Shown: positions 9,215 to 19,119, counted from the first letter of the stretch. The stretch is 64,000 nucleotides of DNA from a virus (IMGVR_UViG_3300025087_000044:35114-99113), one strand, 5' to 3'. The notes: generated by a model from the sequence alone, not told the origin. A program made the numbers and translations.

Positions 9215-9727
9215 ATGAAAAATTCCCTACAAGCATTAAAAAACAGAAAAGAGAAAAGAAAGTTTTTAAAGAAGACAATAGACCAAAGTTCGTTTTCTCA
9301 CCACGTAGAAAGAGTTTGTAAGGATTGTGGAGAAATAAAAAAGTGCGATTGGATGAGTGAGTTTAATGCAAATGGAACACCTCAATATAGAGCAAGATGT
9401 AAGGAATGCCATAATAAGTTGATTAGAAAAAGAAGGGTGAAGCGTTGGCCGTATATATTAAAAAAGAAAAGAGACAATCAAAGGATTGTGAAACAGAGAT
9501 GCGTTGATTATCTTGGCGGAAAATGTTGTATGTGTGGATATGATAAAAGCATAAGAGCTTTAACCTTCCACCACAAAAACAGGAAAGATAAAGAAAAGGC
9601 GATTTCAGTTATGATAGTTAATAATTCTTTTCGGAAAATAAAAAAAGAATTAAAGAAATGTGTTTTGGTGTGTTTTAACCGTCACATGGAAATAGAAGAA
9701 GAGTATGTAAAGAATAACAGTAAATAG
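9215..9727 (+). CDS. free-standing HNH endonuclease (possibly degenerate)
   Basis: CKDC/CKEC; YLGGKCCMCGYDK...LTFHH...CVLVCFNRH, with the last Cys replaced by Arg. Confidence 0.75.
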   Translation: MKNSLQALKNRKEKRKFLKKTIDQSSFSHHVERVCKDCGEIKKCDWMSEFNANGTPQYRARCKECHNKLIRKRRVKRWPYILKKKRDNQRIVKQRCVDYLGGKCCMCGYDKSIRALTFHHKNRKDKEKAISVMIVNNSFRKIKKELKKCVLVCFNRHMEIEEEYVKNNSK

Positions 9728-9730
9728 CTT

Positions 9731-11860
9731 ATGTTTACCTATAAAAAAGATGGATTCAATGTTCCAGTCAAAAGTTGGATACCAGAAAAAGATTATTATT
9801 CTGACGTTGCTATGGTTGAACAGTGCGAGAATTTGGCAAGGTTGCCTTTTTCTTTCGGACACGTTGTCTTGTGTCCTGACGGACATGTTGGTTTCGGTTG
9901 CCCAATCGGTTCAGTCGTTGCAACTAAAGCTGTAATAATTCCCAATGTTTGTGGGGTAGATATTGGAGCTGTAGATAGGGATACTGAGATTTTAACTAAA
10001 AGTGGATGGATTACTATAGATAAATATAACAACATTGATGATGTCTTAATTTATGATAATTACAAGCAAACTTCCTTTTTTAGCAAGCCATTGTTGTATA
10101 TTGTAAAACCTTGTGAAGATTTTACGGAATACAAAAGCAAATATGGATTAGACCAGGTTTTGAGTGACGAGCATAGAATGTTGGTTTATGAAGGGTATGG
10201 AAAAGATAGAACAAACAATACTTATTTTTGTAAGGACTTTAGGGAAAAATTATCAAAATTAAAAAAACAAGATTATTATTCAGTAAGAACGACGTTCGCA
10301 ACAAATGAAAAGGGAATAAAATTAACAGATGAGCAGATAGCTATTATGGTAATGGTTTCTGCTGATGGTCATATTAGAAAACAGTCTAGTGTATATACAA
10401 ATGTAGAGATGCATTTTAAAAAGAGTAGAAAAATAAATCGTTGTAAGGTTTTGTTGAATAAAGCAAAAGTTAGTTTTAAAGAATATGACCACAGTGATAA
10501 GACAAAGTCAATAATCTTTAAGTTAGATTGGGAGTGTAAGAAAGAATTAACTGCTTTATATCTATGTAATCAGCATCAGGCAAAAGTTGTTTTTGACGAG
10601 TATTTGTATTGGGATGGAACCATTGATAAAAAAAGAAATCATAAAATGTATTCCACAACAAAGAAAGTAAACGCCGATGTTGTTCAGTATATATGTGCCG
10701 TGAATGGAGTTAGGGCTGGCATACATCTTCAAAGTTATAAAAATGAAAATTGGAATGATTCATATAGCGTGTATCAAACGAGAAACGAATATGTTGGATT
10801 CAGTCGTCCCCAAAAAATAAAGATACCAAACGGTAACAAGTATTGTTTTGTTGTTGAAACTGGATATTTTGTTGCTAGAAGGAATAACAAGATATTTGTT
10901 ACTGGAAACTGTGGAATGATTGCGGTTAAAACATCTCTTACTGAATTGGACAGAGAAACATTAAAAAAGATTCTTGGTAATATAAGACAAACGATTCCTG
11001 TAGGATTCGAACACCACAAAACAGACCAAGACATTACCCTCATGCCGAATTATGGGTTAGGAGCAGGTGGCGAAATAACAGGAAGAGAGTACATGTCAGC
11101 CCTAAGGCAGATTGGAACACTTGGTGGAGGTAATCATTTTATCGAAATCCAAAAAGGAGATGATGGGCATATCTGGATAATGATTCATTCGGGTTCGAGA
11201 AACTTAGGAAAGCAAGTTGCTGATTATTATAACAAAGTCGCTATTGAGTTAAACGAAAAATATCACTCCTCAGTACCTAATGAATGGCAGTTAGCGTTTT
11301 TGCCTGTTGACAGTCAAGAAGGACAGAATTATATTTCCGAGATGAATTATTGCGTTGAGTTTGCGTTGGCTAATAGACAGTTAATGATGAGCAGGATAAT
11401 TGATATTTTCTGCAAGCATACAGAATTGGCTGCTAAGGGTTGGGAACCGCCAATCAATATAGCTCACAATTATGCCAAGCAAGAAAATCATTACGGACAA
11501 AATTTATGGGTTCACAGAAAAGGAGCAACGTTAGCGCAAGACGGAACAATAGGAATAATCCCTGGCTCACAAGGTTCAAGTTCGTTCATCGTTAAGGGCA
11601 AGGGAAGTAAAGAATCATTTAATTCATGTTCACATGGTGCAGGAAGGCTTATGAGCAGAACCAAAGCCATGGCCACTCTTAACCTTGAAGATGAGATAAA
11701 GAAACTTGACGACCAAGGTATTTTGCATGCAATCAGAGGCAAGAAAGACCTTGATGAGGCAAGCGGTTCTTATAAGAACGTAGAAGAAGTAATGAACAAT
11801 CAATCTGATTTAGTGGATATTTTAGTAAAATTAAGCCCAATGGGTGTCGTGAAAGGATAG
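9731..11860 (+). CDS. rtcB: RNA-splicing ligase RtcB with intein
   Basis: PDGHVGFGCPIG, GVDIG//CGM, GTLGGGNHFIE, HSGSR, HNY, HRKGAT, SHGAGR, DEA. Confidence 0.95.
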   Translation: MFTYKKDGFNVPVKSWIPEKDYYSDVAMVEQCENLARLPFSFGHVVLCPDGHVGFGCPIGSVVATKAVIIPNVCGVDIGAVDRDTEILTKSGWITIDKYNNIDDVLIYDNYKQTSFFSKPLLYIVKPCEDFTEYKSKYGLDQVLSDEHRMLVYEGYGKDRTNNTYFCKDFREKLSKLKKQDYYSVRTTFATNEKGIKLTDEQIAIMVMVSADGHIRKQSSVYTNVEMHFKKSRKINRCKVLLNKAKVSFKEYDHSDKTKSIIFKLDWECKKELTALYLCNQHQAKVVFDEYLYWDGTIDKKRNHKMYSTTKKVNADVVQYICAVNGVRAGIHLQSYKNENWNDSYSVYQTRNEYVGFSRPQKIKIPNGNKYCFVVETGYFVARRNNKIFVTGNCGMIAVKTSLTELDRETLKKILGNIRQTIPVGFEHHKTDQDITLMPNYGLGAGGEITGREYMSALRQIGTLGGGNHFIEIQKGDDGHIWIMIHSGSRNLGKQVADYYNKVAIELNEKYHSSVPNEWQLAFLPVDSQEGQNYISEMNYCVEFALANRQLMMSRIIDIFCKHTELAAKGWEPPINIAHNYAKQENHYGQNLWVHRKGATLAQDGTIGIIPGSQGSSSFIVKGKGSKESFNSCSHGAGRLMSRTKAMATLNLEDEIKKLDDQGILHAIRGKKDLDEASGSYKNVEEVMNNQSDLVDILVKLSPMGVVKG
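9968..10909 (+). mobile_element. 314-aa Ala1 intein with LAGLIDADG-like domain in RtcB
   Basis: AVDRDTEILTKSGW...YCFVVETGYFV...VTGN|C interrupts DIG-CG; SADG and YWDG motifs. Confidence 0.9.
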
Positions 11861-11864
11861 ATTT

Positions 11865-12170
11865 ATGAGTTTAGAAACATTACTGTACGATAGTCTTAAA
11901 AAATCCAAACAGTTAAGCATGGATGAGCTTTATAGTCTTGGGAGGCCCCACAAGCAAAGTGCCGTTGAAAGAAAATTGCGAGCATTGGCTCAAAAAGGAC
12001 TTCTAAAGGCTCTGATTGGTTCCCACAACTCAAATATCGCGTATAGGGTCACGGAACGCACACAGGCCAATTTTGAGGCTTCTAGGCCCATTCTAAAACA
12101 AGAACCATTCCCCCTAGGACAGGGCGGTAATACAACCAAAGTCGTAAATCCACCAGAGATTTATGACTGA
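11865..12170 (+). CDS. winged-helix-like protein
   Basis: VERKLRALAQKGLL pattern. Confidence 0.45.
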   Translation: MSLETLLYDSLKKSKQLSMDELYSLGRPHKQSAVERKLRALAQKGLLKALIGSHNSNIAYRVTERTQANFEASRPILKQEPFPLGQGGNTTKVVNPPEIYD

Positions 12171-12198
12171 TTTATATATTTATAACTAATTTAAAATT

Positions 12199-12441
12199 AT
12201 GAACAATGAAACGTCTAAAGAGGTCAAGCCATGTACTGCTGGCTTAGTGTTGGGTATCTTATCGGTAGTGTTTTTCTGGATGTCATTTTTTTGTCTCCCA
12301 ATGACAATCCTTGCAATCGTATTCGGTGCTATCGGAATTAAGAAAGAGCAACCGTATTCACTTGCCGCTCTTACTCTTGGTATTCTGTCTGGTTTCTTAA
12401 TGGCGATTATGTTACTTGTCCTTTTTTCAGTGGCAGCTTAA
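12199..12441 (+). CDS. small membrane protein (DUF4190-like)
   Basis: AGLVLGILS...LAIVFGAIG...AALTLGILS. Confidence 0.65.
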   Translation: MNNETSKEVKPCTAGLVLGILSVVFFWMSFFCLPMTILAIVFGAIGIKKEQPYSLAALTLGILSGFLMAIMLLVLFSVAA

Positions 12442-12472
12442 CCCACGTATCTGCTCCACGAGGAGCAGGTAT

Positions 12473-12543
12473 CACTTGGTAGCCAAATGGTAAGGCTATG
12501 GGTTGCAAACCCATGATTGCAGGTTCGATTCCTGCCCAGGTGT
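12473..12543 (+). tRNA. tRNA-Cys(GCA)
   Basis: acceptor CACTTGG/CCAGGTG, anticodon arm ATGGG-TTGCAAA-CCCAT, GGTTCGATTCC, U73. Confidence 0.85.
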
Positions 12544-12549
12544 TTGAAC

Positions 12550-12606
12550 TTATCCACATCAAAACCCCCAAAACCCCTTTACAATATTAAAAAACCATGC
12601 TATAAT
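12550..12606 (+). promoter_or_regulatory. DnaA box plus repeated promoter
   Basis: TTATCCACA 12550-12558; TTTACA-17-TATAAT with TG extension. Confidence 0.7.
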
Positions 12607-12938
12607 ACAAACATTAAAACATTTAAAATAAAAAAGAGTATGGACTTCATCAAACATCTCAAAGATGAATTAAAAGAAGAGCGTTACAAGTGCCTGTTAG
12701 ACGGTATTAACGTTGGTTCAAAAGACGGATATTCCGCAAATGAAGAAGAATATGATATTCCAAAACACGGATGAAGCTTTAGCAGCTTTAGGAAATACGT
12801 TTAGGCGATTAGTATTGCATAGCGATGGCTCTTGGACTGCTAATTGCAGAAAGAAAGGTATTGTCTACGGACGTTTGTTTAAGGGAAATACGTCCCTTGA
12901 GGTTCTTCAAAAAATGTACGATAAAATAAAACAATAAT

Positions 12939-13634
12939 ATGCCAAGTTATTATTACATTGATGACGGAACAAGTACTGCAGGTTTTAGCAGAGTTGGAGT
13001 TTCCGAGTATAATAGTAAATCTGTTGGGTTCAAGTCCACGGTTGAAAATGGAATTGAGCCTACTCTTGCTTTCAATTTTATAAAGAAGAAATTTGGCATT
13101 CTTGAAGGCACTGTTCTAAAAAGAAGACTTGATAAATTAGAGAAAGCCTTTAGCGTTGCGGTTAGTAACGGACAGGACACACTGGCTAAAAAGTTTCTTA
13201 ATGAAGTGGTATTGCAGACAAAAGAAAGCGTTATTTATGCCAAGGGTATAAAGCTTTATGTTGAACGTGATGACGTTATGAAAGTAAAGAATAAGTTGAA
13301 AGACGGAAAGATTGCCGATACCAAGCTTGAGGATTATACCAAGATAGTTCCCGATGATGTTATAAAGATTAAAAACAAACTCGTTGACGTGTTTGATGGT
13401 TTCGTTGTTTATCATTATTACAATGATGCTCTTGAAGATAAGGTTTCTAAGGCTCAGAAGATTACTCCAGAGGAGAAGGCTAAAATGAAAGACCCGATAT
13501 TATTCGGCTATATCAATGAGAGTGATAGATTGTATTTTATCGCTGACTGGGAAAGTGATGAGTGTGATTTTACGTTTGATGAGATTGTTGAATTGGTCGG
13601 AGAGACAAGATTAAATAAATATCCAACATTATGA
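12939..13634 (+). CDS. conserved phage protein
   Basis: KDPILFG...RLYFIADW..DECDFT C-terminal motif. Confidence 0.75.
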   Translation: MPSYYYIDDGTSTAGFSRVGVSEYNSKSVGFKSTVENGIEPTLAFNFIKKKFGILEGTVLKRRLDKLEKAFSVAVSNGQDTLAKKFLNEVVLQTKESVIYAKGIKLYVERDDVMKVKNKLKDGKIADTKLEDYTKIVPDDVIKIKNKLVDVFDGFVVYHYYNDALEDKVSKAQKITPEEKAKMKDPILFGYINESDRLYFIADWESDECDFTFDEIVELVGETRLNKYPTL

Positions 13635-13811
13635 GTGATGAAAACAAAACCTACTCTGGAAGCTGTGGTGGATGTTGTGTAAGTGCGGTTGTCTTTATCT
13701 TTATTGTCTGGGCGTGGTTGCTTGGCGTGCCTACTTTTTGGGGATATTTCAATCTTGATTTGTTTCCTCCTGGAATAAGTCTTAATAATATAAAGTACAT
13801 AGGAAACTGAT

Positions 13812-14459
13812 ATGCACTATTACCATAAAATAAATTCAATGTTCAAAAGAGAGTCTGTTAATGGCGGAAAGATATTGATTGGAGAATGGGCTACTCCAGA
13901 GTTCGGATGGTTACAGGATAATAAATGGGTATGGACAGAAAAAATTGACGGCACTAGCATTTTAATCCATTTTGACGGAGAAAAGATTACGTTTGGCGGA
14001 CACACCGTAAACTCTCAAATTCCATTTGCTTTAGTTGAGAAGTTGCATGAATTGTTTGATTCAAAACTGCAATTATTCAAGGATACATTTTTGCCCAATG
14101 AAGAAGGGCTTACCGATGTTACTTTTTACGGCGAGGGATACGGCGCGGGGATTCAAGGTGGAGGTGGAAAGTACCGTAAAGATAAAAGTTTTATAGGTTT
14201 CGATATTAGGATAGGTAATATATGGTTATTGAGAAAAGACGTTGAGGAGATATTCACTAAATTCCTAATTGATGTGGTTCCCATTGTGGGGTATGGAAAT
14301 TTAAATTCAGCCATTGAATTTGTTAGAAACGGATTCAAGTCCACGTTTGGAGATTTCATTGCCGAGGGGTTGGTGGTTAGGCCAGAAGTTGAGTTAAGGA
14401 CTAGGCGTGGAGACAGAATAATCACTAAGATAAAATACAAAGATTTTAAAGACCTTTAA
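13812..14459 (+). CDS. ATP-dependent RNA ligase (Rnl2-like)
   Basis: EKIDGT, YGEGYG, FDI, EGLVVRP, ITKIK nucleotidyltransferase motifs. Confidence 0.85.
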   Translation: MHYYHKINSMFKRESVNGGKILIGEWATPEFGWLQDNKWVWTEKIDGTSILIHFDGEKITFGGHTVNSQIPFALVEKLHELFDSKLQLFKDTFLPNEEGLTDVTFYGEGYGAGIQGGGGKYRKDKSFIGFDIRIGNIWLLRKDVEEIFTKFLIDVVPIVGYGNLNSAIEFVRNGFKSTFGDFIAEGLVVRPEVELRTRRGDRIITKIKYKDFKDL

Positions 14460-14472
14460 AAGAACAAAATTT

Positions 14473-15348
14473 ATGTTCATGCTAATCGACAAGATTCAAG
14501 AGCATTTAAACCGTAAGGCGGAAGAAGAACGCAAGAGAGATGACGGAAGTGCCAGAGTAAAAGACAGTTTCTGGTGCAGCGAGTGTGAAGCACCATTATT
14601 TGACCTTTATCATAAATGGATTGGAACTCCGCCAACTAATCCTTCAAGTGCTGAAGGCATGATGATAATGTCAACTGGCAAGATGGTAGAGATGTCATTA
14701 GTTGATACGCTGAATGACTTGGACCTGATAGAATTCAATCCGAAAGAACCGCAGGTAAGGGTTGATATGAAACGATTAGGAGTAAAGATTACGGGATACA
14801 TGGATGCAGTATTAAAAGACGGAAGAACCCCAGTTGAGGTAAAAAGTTTTTATGGAGACTATCAGGCAAAAGAATTGAAAGAAGGAAAAGCCAGAACGTC
14901 ATATCTCAAACAGCTTGGTTGTTACATGGATTTTATAGGGTCGGATATTGGACGATTGGTTTATATCAATCGAGGTACTGGTGAGTTGCTAGAATTCATT
15001 CTTGAAAGAAACGGATTAAAATTCAAATGTTTGGACATAGAGTTTGATTTGGAAGATACTTATAAGAGATGGGCAGAGTTGTATTACAATAATATCTTGC
15101 CAAGGAAAGAGCCTATCAGCGAATTCCGCTATAAGATAAAAGTTGAAGATATTGACTGGAGTCTTATAAGTAATGCTGATATCTCAAAGGCTAGGACTAA
15201 TAAAAAAGTAATAGGAGATTCTTGGCAAGTTGCTTATTCTCCATATAAATCTCTTATCATTGAGCGAGAGGGAAGTACTTTGGGCTATACAGAGGAAGAG
15301 TTAGAATTCATTTTAAACGCCACGAAAGGCTATAGTAAAAGAAAATAA
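14473..15348 (+). CDS. PD-(D/E)XK (Cas4/RecB-like) nuclease
   Basis: ITGYMD...EVKS...QLGCY. Confidence 0.75.
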   Translation: MFMLIDKIQEHLNRKAEEERKRDDGSARVKDSFWCSECEAPLFDLYHKWIGTPPTNPSSAEGMMIMSTGKMVEMSLVDTLNDLDLIEFNPKEPQVRVDMKRLGVKITGYMDAVLKDGRTPVEVKSFYGDYQAKELKEGKARTSYLKQLGCYMDFIGSDIGRLVYINRGTGELLEFILERNGLKFKCLDIEFDLEDTYKRWAELYYNNILPRKEPISEFRYKIKVEDIDWSLISNADISKARTNKKVIGDSWQVAYSPYKSLIIEREGSTLGYTEEELEFILNATKGYSKRK

Positions 15349-15350
15349 AT

Positions 15351-15545
15351 ATGAGAAATTATCTAGTTTATTCAGTTATCGTTCTGTCATTCTGCGTCTT
15401 GCTGTTGGGAATTCTTGAGGCAATAAACTTTAGCGACAACAGACAGCAGGATGAGCTTATTTTTGGAACGGTTAATAATGTTGACGGTCTAATTACGAAT
15501 GTAAATTTTCTGACTGATTTCATGTCTAAAGAATGTATAAAGTAA
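15351..15545 (+). CDS. small membrane protein
   Basis: N-terminal TM helix. Confidence 0.5.
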   Translation: MRNYLVYSVIVLSFCVLLLGILEAINFSDNRQQDELIFGTVNNVDGLITNVNFLTDFMSKECIK

Positions 15546-15546
15546 T

Positions 15547-16053
15547 ATGCCTTACGGAATCCCTGTGATAACCGAATATTCCATATTATGCGAAGAGTGT
15601 GGAGTTAAGTTCAAGAAGTTAGTCCACGCTCACTTGAAACTGCACGGATTGACGATAACTGAATATAAAGAAAAATGGGGTTTCTGCATTACGCAGCCAC
15701 TAGAGGCTCTATACATCAAAAAATTAAGAAGGCATTATAATAAGATTTATAATGCGTCTAAATATCTAGTATCTGATTTTGCTTTTAAGAAAGGAGATGA
15801 TGGAAGAAAGACAAGGATAGTTTCAGAGCAAGAGAGGATAAGACTTGCAAGTATAGCTGTAAATGTCCAGAGTACTGAGAAATTCAGAAAGACAATATCC
15901 AAAGCGGCCAAGAAAGTCTGGGACAGGCCAGGTTACAAGAAGAAGTATTCCAAGAAAATGAAGAAGAAGTATTCTAAAGACAAAGGATTTAGTAAAAGGA
16001 TGGGCGAACAATCAAGTAAGTTCTGGGACAGTCATAAAAAGGCAACTCATTAA
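15547..16053 (+). CDS. MucR/Ros-like zinc-finger protein with basic repeats
   Basis: CEECG...HLKLHGLTITEYKEKWG. Confidence 0.65.
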   Translation: MPYGIPVITEYSILCEECGVKFKKLVHAHLKLHGLTITEYKEKWGFCITQPLEALYIKKLRRHYNKIYNASKYLVSDFAFKKGDDGRKTRIVSEQERIRLASIAVNVQSTEKFRKTISKAAKKVWDRPGYKKKYSKKMKKKYSKDKGFSKRMGEQSSKFWDSHKKATH

Positions 16054-16092
16054 CCATGGTTGTCTTTTTTTAACCATAACCCCCAAACGAAC

Positions 16093-16192
16093 TTATCCAC
16101 ACCCCTTTGTTAAATTACTAAATTTACACAAAAACAGACAATAGTCAAAACCCCTAAAACCCCTTTACAACCTTTAAAAACCATGCTATAAT
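16093..16192 (+). promoter_or_regulatory. DnaA box plus repeated promoter
   Basis: TTATCCACA 16093-16101; TTTACA 16164-16169, 17 bp, TATAAT 16187-16192. Confidence 0.7.
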
Positions 16193-16241
16193 ACTAATAT
16201 ACATATAAACAACATTTACAAACTAACTAACCAACAAATCT

Positions 16242-16496
16242 ATGAAAGCAATCAAAAAGCTTGGAGACATCAAAGAGAGCTTAGGGGTTGATTCAATTAG
16301 TAGGAAAGATGGAGTAATCACTATCAGAGAGGGTTTCTTCTACACTCATGGAAAAACAGTTGAAGGTTTAATAAAAAAGGTTAAGGCACTTTTCCCAGAG
16401 GCAGTAATAGTCTCAAGTGGAGAAAAGTGGTCTCCCTTTCATGGTGGTCAATCAATCGCTAGCGGTTCTCATTGGTGGGTGTCTTTTACAAACTAA
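16242..16496 (+). CDS. hypothetical early protein
   Basis: first ORF after the promoter. Confidence 0.6.
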   Translation: MKAIKKLGDIKESLGVDSISRKDGVITIREGFFYTHGKTVEGLIKKVKALFPEAVIVSSGEKWSPFHGGQSIASGSHWWVSFTN

Positions 16497-16515
16497 TCAA
16501 CTAACCTAAAAAACT

Positions 16516-16716
16516 ATGAAATCAACAATCATGAAAGTAATCATCTTGTTAATGGTCGGAGCATTTTTTCTCTACATCTTCTCTGTAGGGATAAGACTCA
16601 CAGAGATTAAGGAATGTGAGAGATGGCAAAAACAAATCAAGGAGTATTCATTATTCACTCCCAACAACTGGCAAATCAACCAGTGTTTGAACTACGAAAT
16701 CAAATTAGAAAAATAA
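16516..16716 (+). CDS. small membrane protein
   Basis: N-terminal TM helix. Confidence 0.55.
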   Translation: MKSTIMKVIILLMVGAFFLYIFSVGIRLTEIKECERWQKQIKEYSLFTPNNWQINQCLNYEIKLEK

Positions 16717-16732
16717 CACTCCACCAAACACT

Positions 16733-16912
16733 ATGAAAAACTATCTAATCAGCCACGACAAAACGCATTACAAAAGCAGAAAAGAGAAGGGAGTAAGATA
16801 CTGCACAATCAGGGAAGTTTCAGGGAGTGAAGTTATAGCTACCTGTGATTGTTTGGGATTCTTTTTCCACGGCCACTGCTGGCACTCTGACAGGCTTTTA
16901 CAAACTAACTAA
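16733..16912 (+). CDS. small SWIM zinc-finger protein
   Basis: manual translation ...TCDCLGFFFHGHCWH... Confidence 0.55.
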   Translation: MKNYLISHDKTHYKSRKEKGVRYCTIREVSGSEVIATCDCLGFFFHGHCWHSDRLLQTN

Positions 16913-17059
16913 CTAATATAAAAAAAGTATGCCAAAAATCGACAACATCGAGTTATCAGAGGATGAGGTGTTAATGGCTGAGGACATTGGACTGGGAGAT
17001 TATGTGGATTACGATGACATTCCTTCAGTAGAGGAATACGAGAAAGGAGAAAAATCTAT

Positions 17060-17251
17060 ATGAGAGCCATAACCAACAAACAGGAGAAGTACATTATCAA
17101 TCTCATCAAGAAAGACCGTTCCATAAAAACCGTGGACGATTTAAAAGAAGAAGACTGGGTAGCGATAGGAGAAATGAATTATTCAGAGGTGTTGTGGGCT
17201 AATGTTAACGGGTTTATTTCGGACATGAGATTTAAATTACTAAACAATTAA
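17060..17251 (+). CDS. hypothetical protein
   Basis: 63-aa ORF. Confidence 0.5.
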   Translation: MRAITNKQEKYIINLIKKDRSIKTVDDLKEEDWVAIGEMNYSEVLWANVNGFISDMRFKLLNN

Positions 17252-17599
17252 GTTTAACAAGAACTGGGAAAAAAAATAATTCCAGATTCTAAATCATATC
17301 GGACGCAATTACTCTGGCGACATAAATGGAAAATTTTGGTTCGCAGTGCAGTCCAGCGATGATGCTTCATTTTTCGGGGGAACGGAATGCGAGCCAAACC
17401 ATTATCGGCTCTTGGGCTGGAGACCACATTTTGATAGACAGCAAAAAACCACAGGGCTATGAAGAGGTCATTTTCGACCTTCAAGAAGACCGCTAATACC
17501 CAACTATCAAAAACCACCCAAACACCCCTTAAAACGCAATTTTAGGCCTCACAATCACCCTTAAATAACCTTTTATAACGTAAAAATAAACATCAATCT

Positions 17600-17896
17600 A
17601 TGAAAACAGCCACAGTTGAGTTGTATTACACTCCACCGTCAATCGAGCAATTCAATGAAGTTAGAGATGCGGCCATAATTCTATGGTCTAGCATAGGTGA
17701 CTATAATTACAAAAAAGAGAAGATTGGAAGTATTAAAGAGTTGGAAAACATTGAAGATAATTTTATGTTTATAGTGGCCATGTTCGACCAATCCAATCAG
17801 GTGTTATTGGCTGACTTATTGAGTGAAGACACAAAGAAGTCTATTCGTGAAAGGTTAATTGACGGAGGCATGCCCAAAGAACATATAGTATTTTAA
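17600..17896 (+). CDS. hypothetical protein
   Basis: 98-aa ORF. Confidence 0.65.
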   Translation: MKTATVELYYTPPSIEQFNEVRDAAIILWSSIGDYNYKKEKIGSIKELENIEDNFMFIVAMFDQSNQVLLADLLSEDTKKSIRERLIDGGMPKEHIVF

Positions 17897-17914
17897 TAAT
17901 TAAAACAAAAACGT

Positions 17915-18085
17915 ATGAGCATGAGAATGTCGTTAGCTAAAGCTGGAGGAAAGGGGATTTGTTAGCTTTGTAAAGGCAAATTAAAAGAAGGAGAAACTCA
18001 ATTGGTGGTAGTTACTCCAAGTTCAAGAGCCAGATGGCATATCGGTTGCGTTGAGAAACTAATAAGAGATAATATGCACGAATAA
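17915..18085 (+). pseudogene. small zinc-finger gene with internal TAG
   Basis: MSMRMSLAKAGGKGIC*LCKGKLKEG...WHIGC; TAG at 17963-17965 sits within CxxC. Confidence 0.5.
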
Positions 18086-18089
18086 AAAT

Positions 18090-18470
18090 ATGAAACATCT
18101 TATTTTAGACCAATTTGATGAGGATATAGGTTACGAAAAGTCAATGAATGTTGATGAGTGCAATTGGAACTCGGGAATCCACGATACTGATGCTCTTTGT
18201 CAGAAAGCATATATCAAGGGGCTTGAAAGGGGTAGGGAAATATCAATTGATTTGTTCGATAGCATGGACCCAACGATAGCCGAGATAGAATATATGTGTA
18301 ATGAAGTTGAAAAGTTAGTTTGTTCTCTTATGGATATCATTGAGAGATTGTCGCCGGAGGAATACCACAAATCTGATGTTATCTTAAAGTGCGATAAGTG
18401 GTTGAAGTGGGCTAACGAAGAGTCTGATGCGGTAGAATTAAAAGAATTTTTCGGATATGAAGAAAAATAA
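18090..18470 (+). CDS. hypothetical protein
   Basis: 126-aa ORF. Confidence 0.6.
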   Translation: MKHLILDQFDEDIGYEKSMNVDECNWNSGIHDTDALCQKAYIKGLERGREISIDLFDSMDPTIAEIEYMCNEVEKLVCSLMDIIERLSPEEYHKSDVILKCDKWLKWANEESDAVELKEFFGYEEK

Positions 18471-18768
18471 AAAATGTTGTGTCTGTTTAGTGAAGCCTGC
18501 CAAGCAAGGTGTATATTGCTATGGATGTTACAGTTCAATGCGATGGATTCTTGGAGATGACGAATACAAGAGAAAAAGAACTGAGTCCACTAAAAAGTGG
18601 GCGCTTAAAAACCCAGAGAAAAATAGAGCCATAATTGACCGTGCCAGAAGGAAGTATCTTAAACGGCCAGATGTCATAGTTAAGACAAAGGCCAAGAGGC
18701 ATGAAACGTACATTAAGAATAGGGATATAATCAGGGAATATAAGGCCAAAAACTTATCCCCAAATTGA
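18457..18768 (+). CDS. basic zinc-finger protein (HNH N-terminal-like)
   Basis: CxxC pairs; KNPEK repeat type. Confidence 0.5.
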   Translation: MKKNKKCCVCLVKPAKQGVYCYGCYSSMRWILGDDEYKRKRTESTKKWALKNPEKNRAIIDRARRKYLKRPDVIVKTKAKRHETYIKNRDIIREYKAKNLSPN

Positions 18769-18823
18769 GGGTTCTGCTCTATTTACAATAACTAACAAAT
18801 GAGCTATAATACCTTTATAAACT

Positions 18824-19087
18824 ATGAAAAATAAAGATGTGGCAGTCTTGGTTTCAGCAGGTTCTCTAGTGTTTGGATTGATGGGACTTATAGGAGTTGT
18901 AGTAAGTCCAGACTTTACCAGATTCAGCATGGCGTGTTGGATGATGGTTTCAGGACATGTAGGACTTAATTTCTCGGTAAAGACCCTTGAAGTTTCCAAT
19001 GAAGATGTTGCTGAGATAAGTAAAGTTATAAAATCAGCTAACGAAACTATTGAAAAGATAGAGAATAAAATCAAAAAGGTCGAATAA
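18824..19087 (+). CDS. membrane protein
   Basis: two hydrophobic segments; promoter TTTACA...TATAAT upstream. Confidence 0.55.
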   Translation: MKNKDVAVLVSAGSLVFGLMGLIGVVVSPDFTRFSMACWMMVSGHVGLNFSVKTLEVSNEDVAEISKVIKSANETIEKIENKIKKVE

Positions 19088-19119
19088 CATTTCAGTCTAA
19101 CAATTAACTAAAAAAACTT

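Noticed and set aside
12517-12640. 5' part of ORF 12517..12774
   Set aside because: Overlaps tRNA-Cys and a promoter; any real gene starts near 12640
14473-15348. Cas4 as part of a CRISPR-Cas system
   Set aside because: No array or other cas genes; solo PD-(D/E)XK nucleases are common in phages
17963-17965. TAG read-through or alternative genetic code suggested by C*LC
   Set aside because: rtcB, terL, portal and capsid genes all end properly at TAG; the split capsid gene is explained by introns, not recoding
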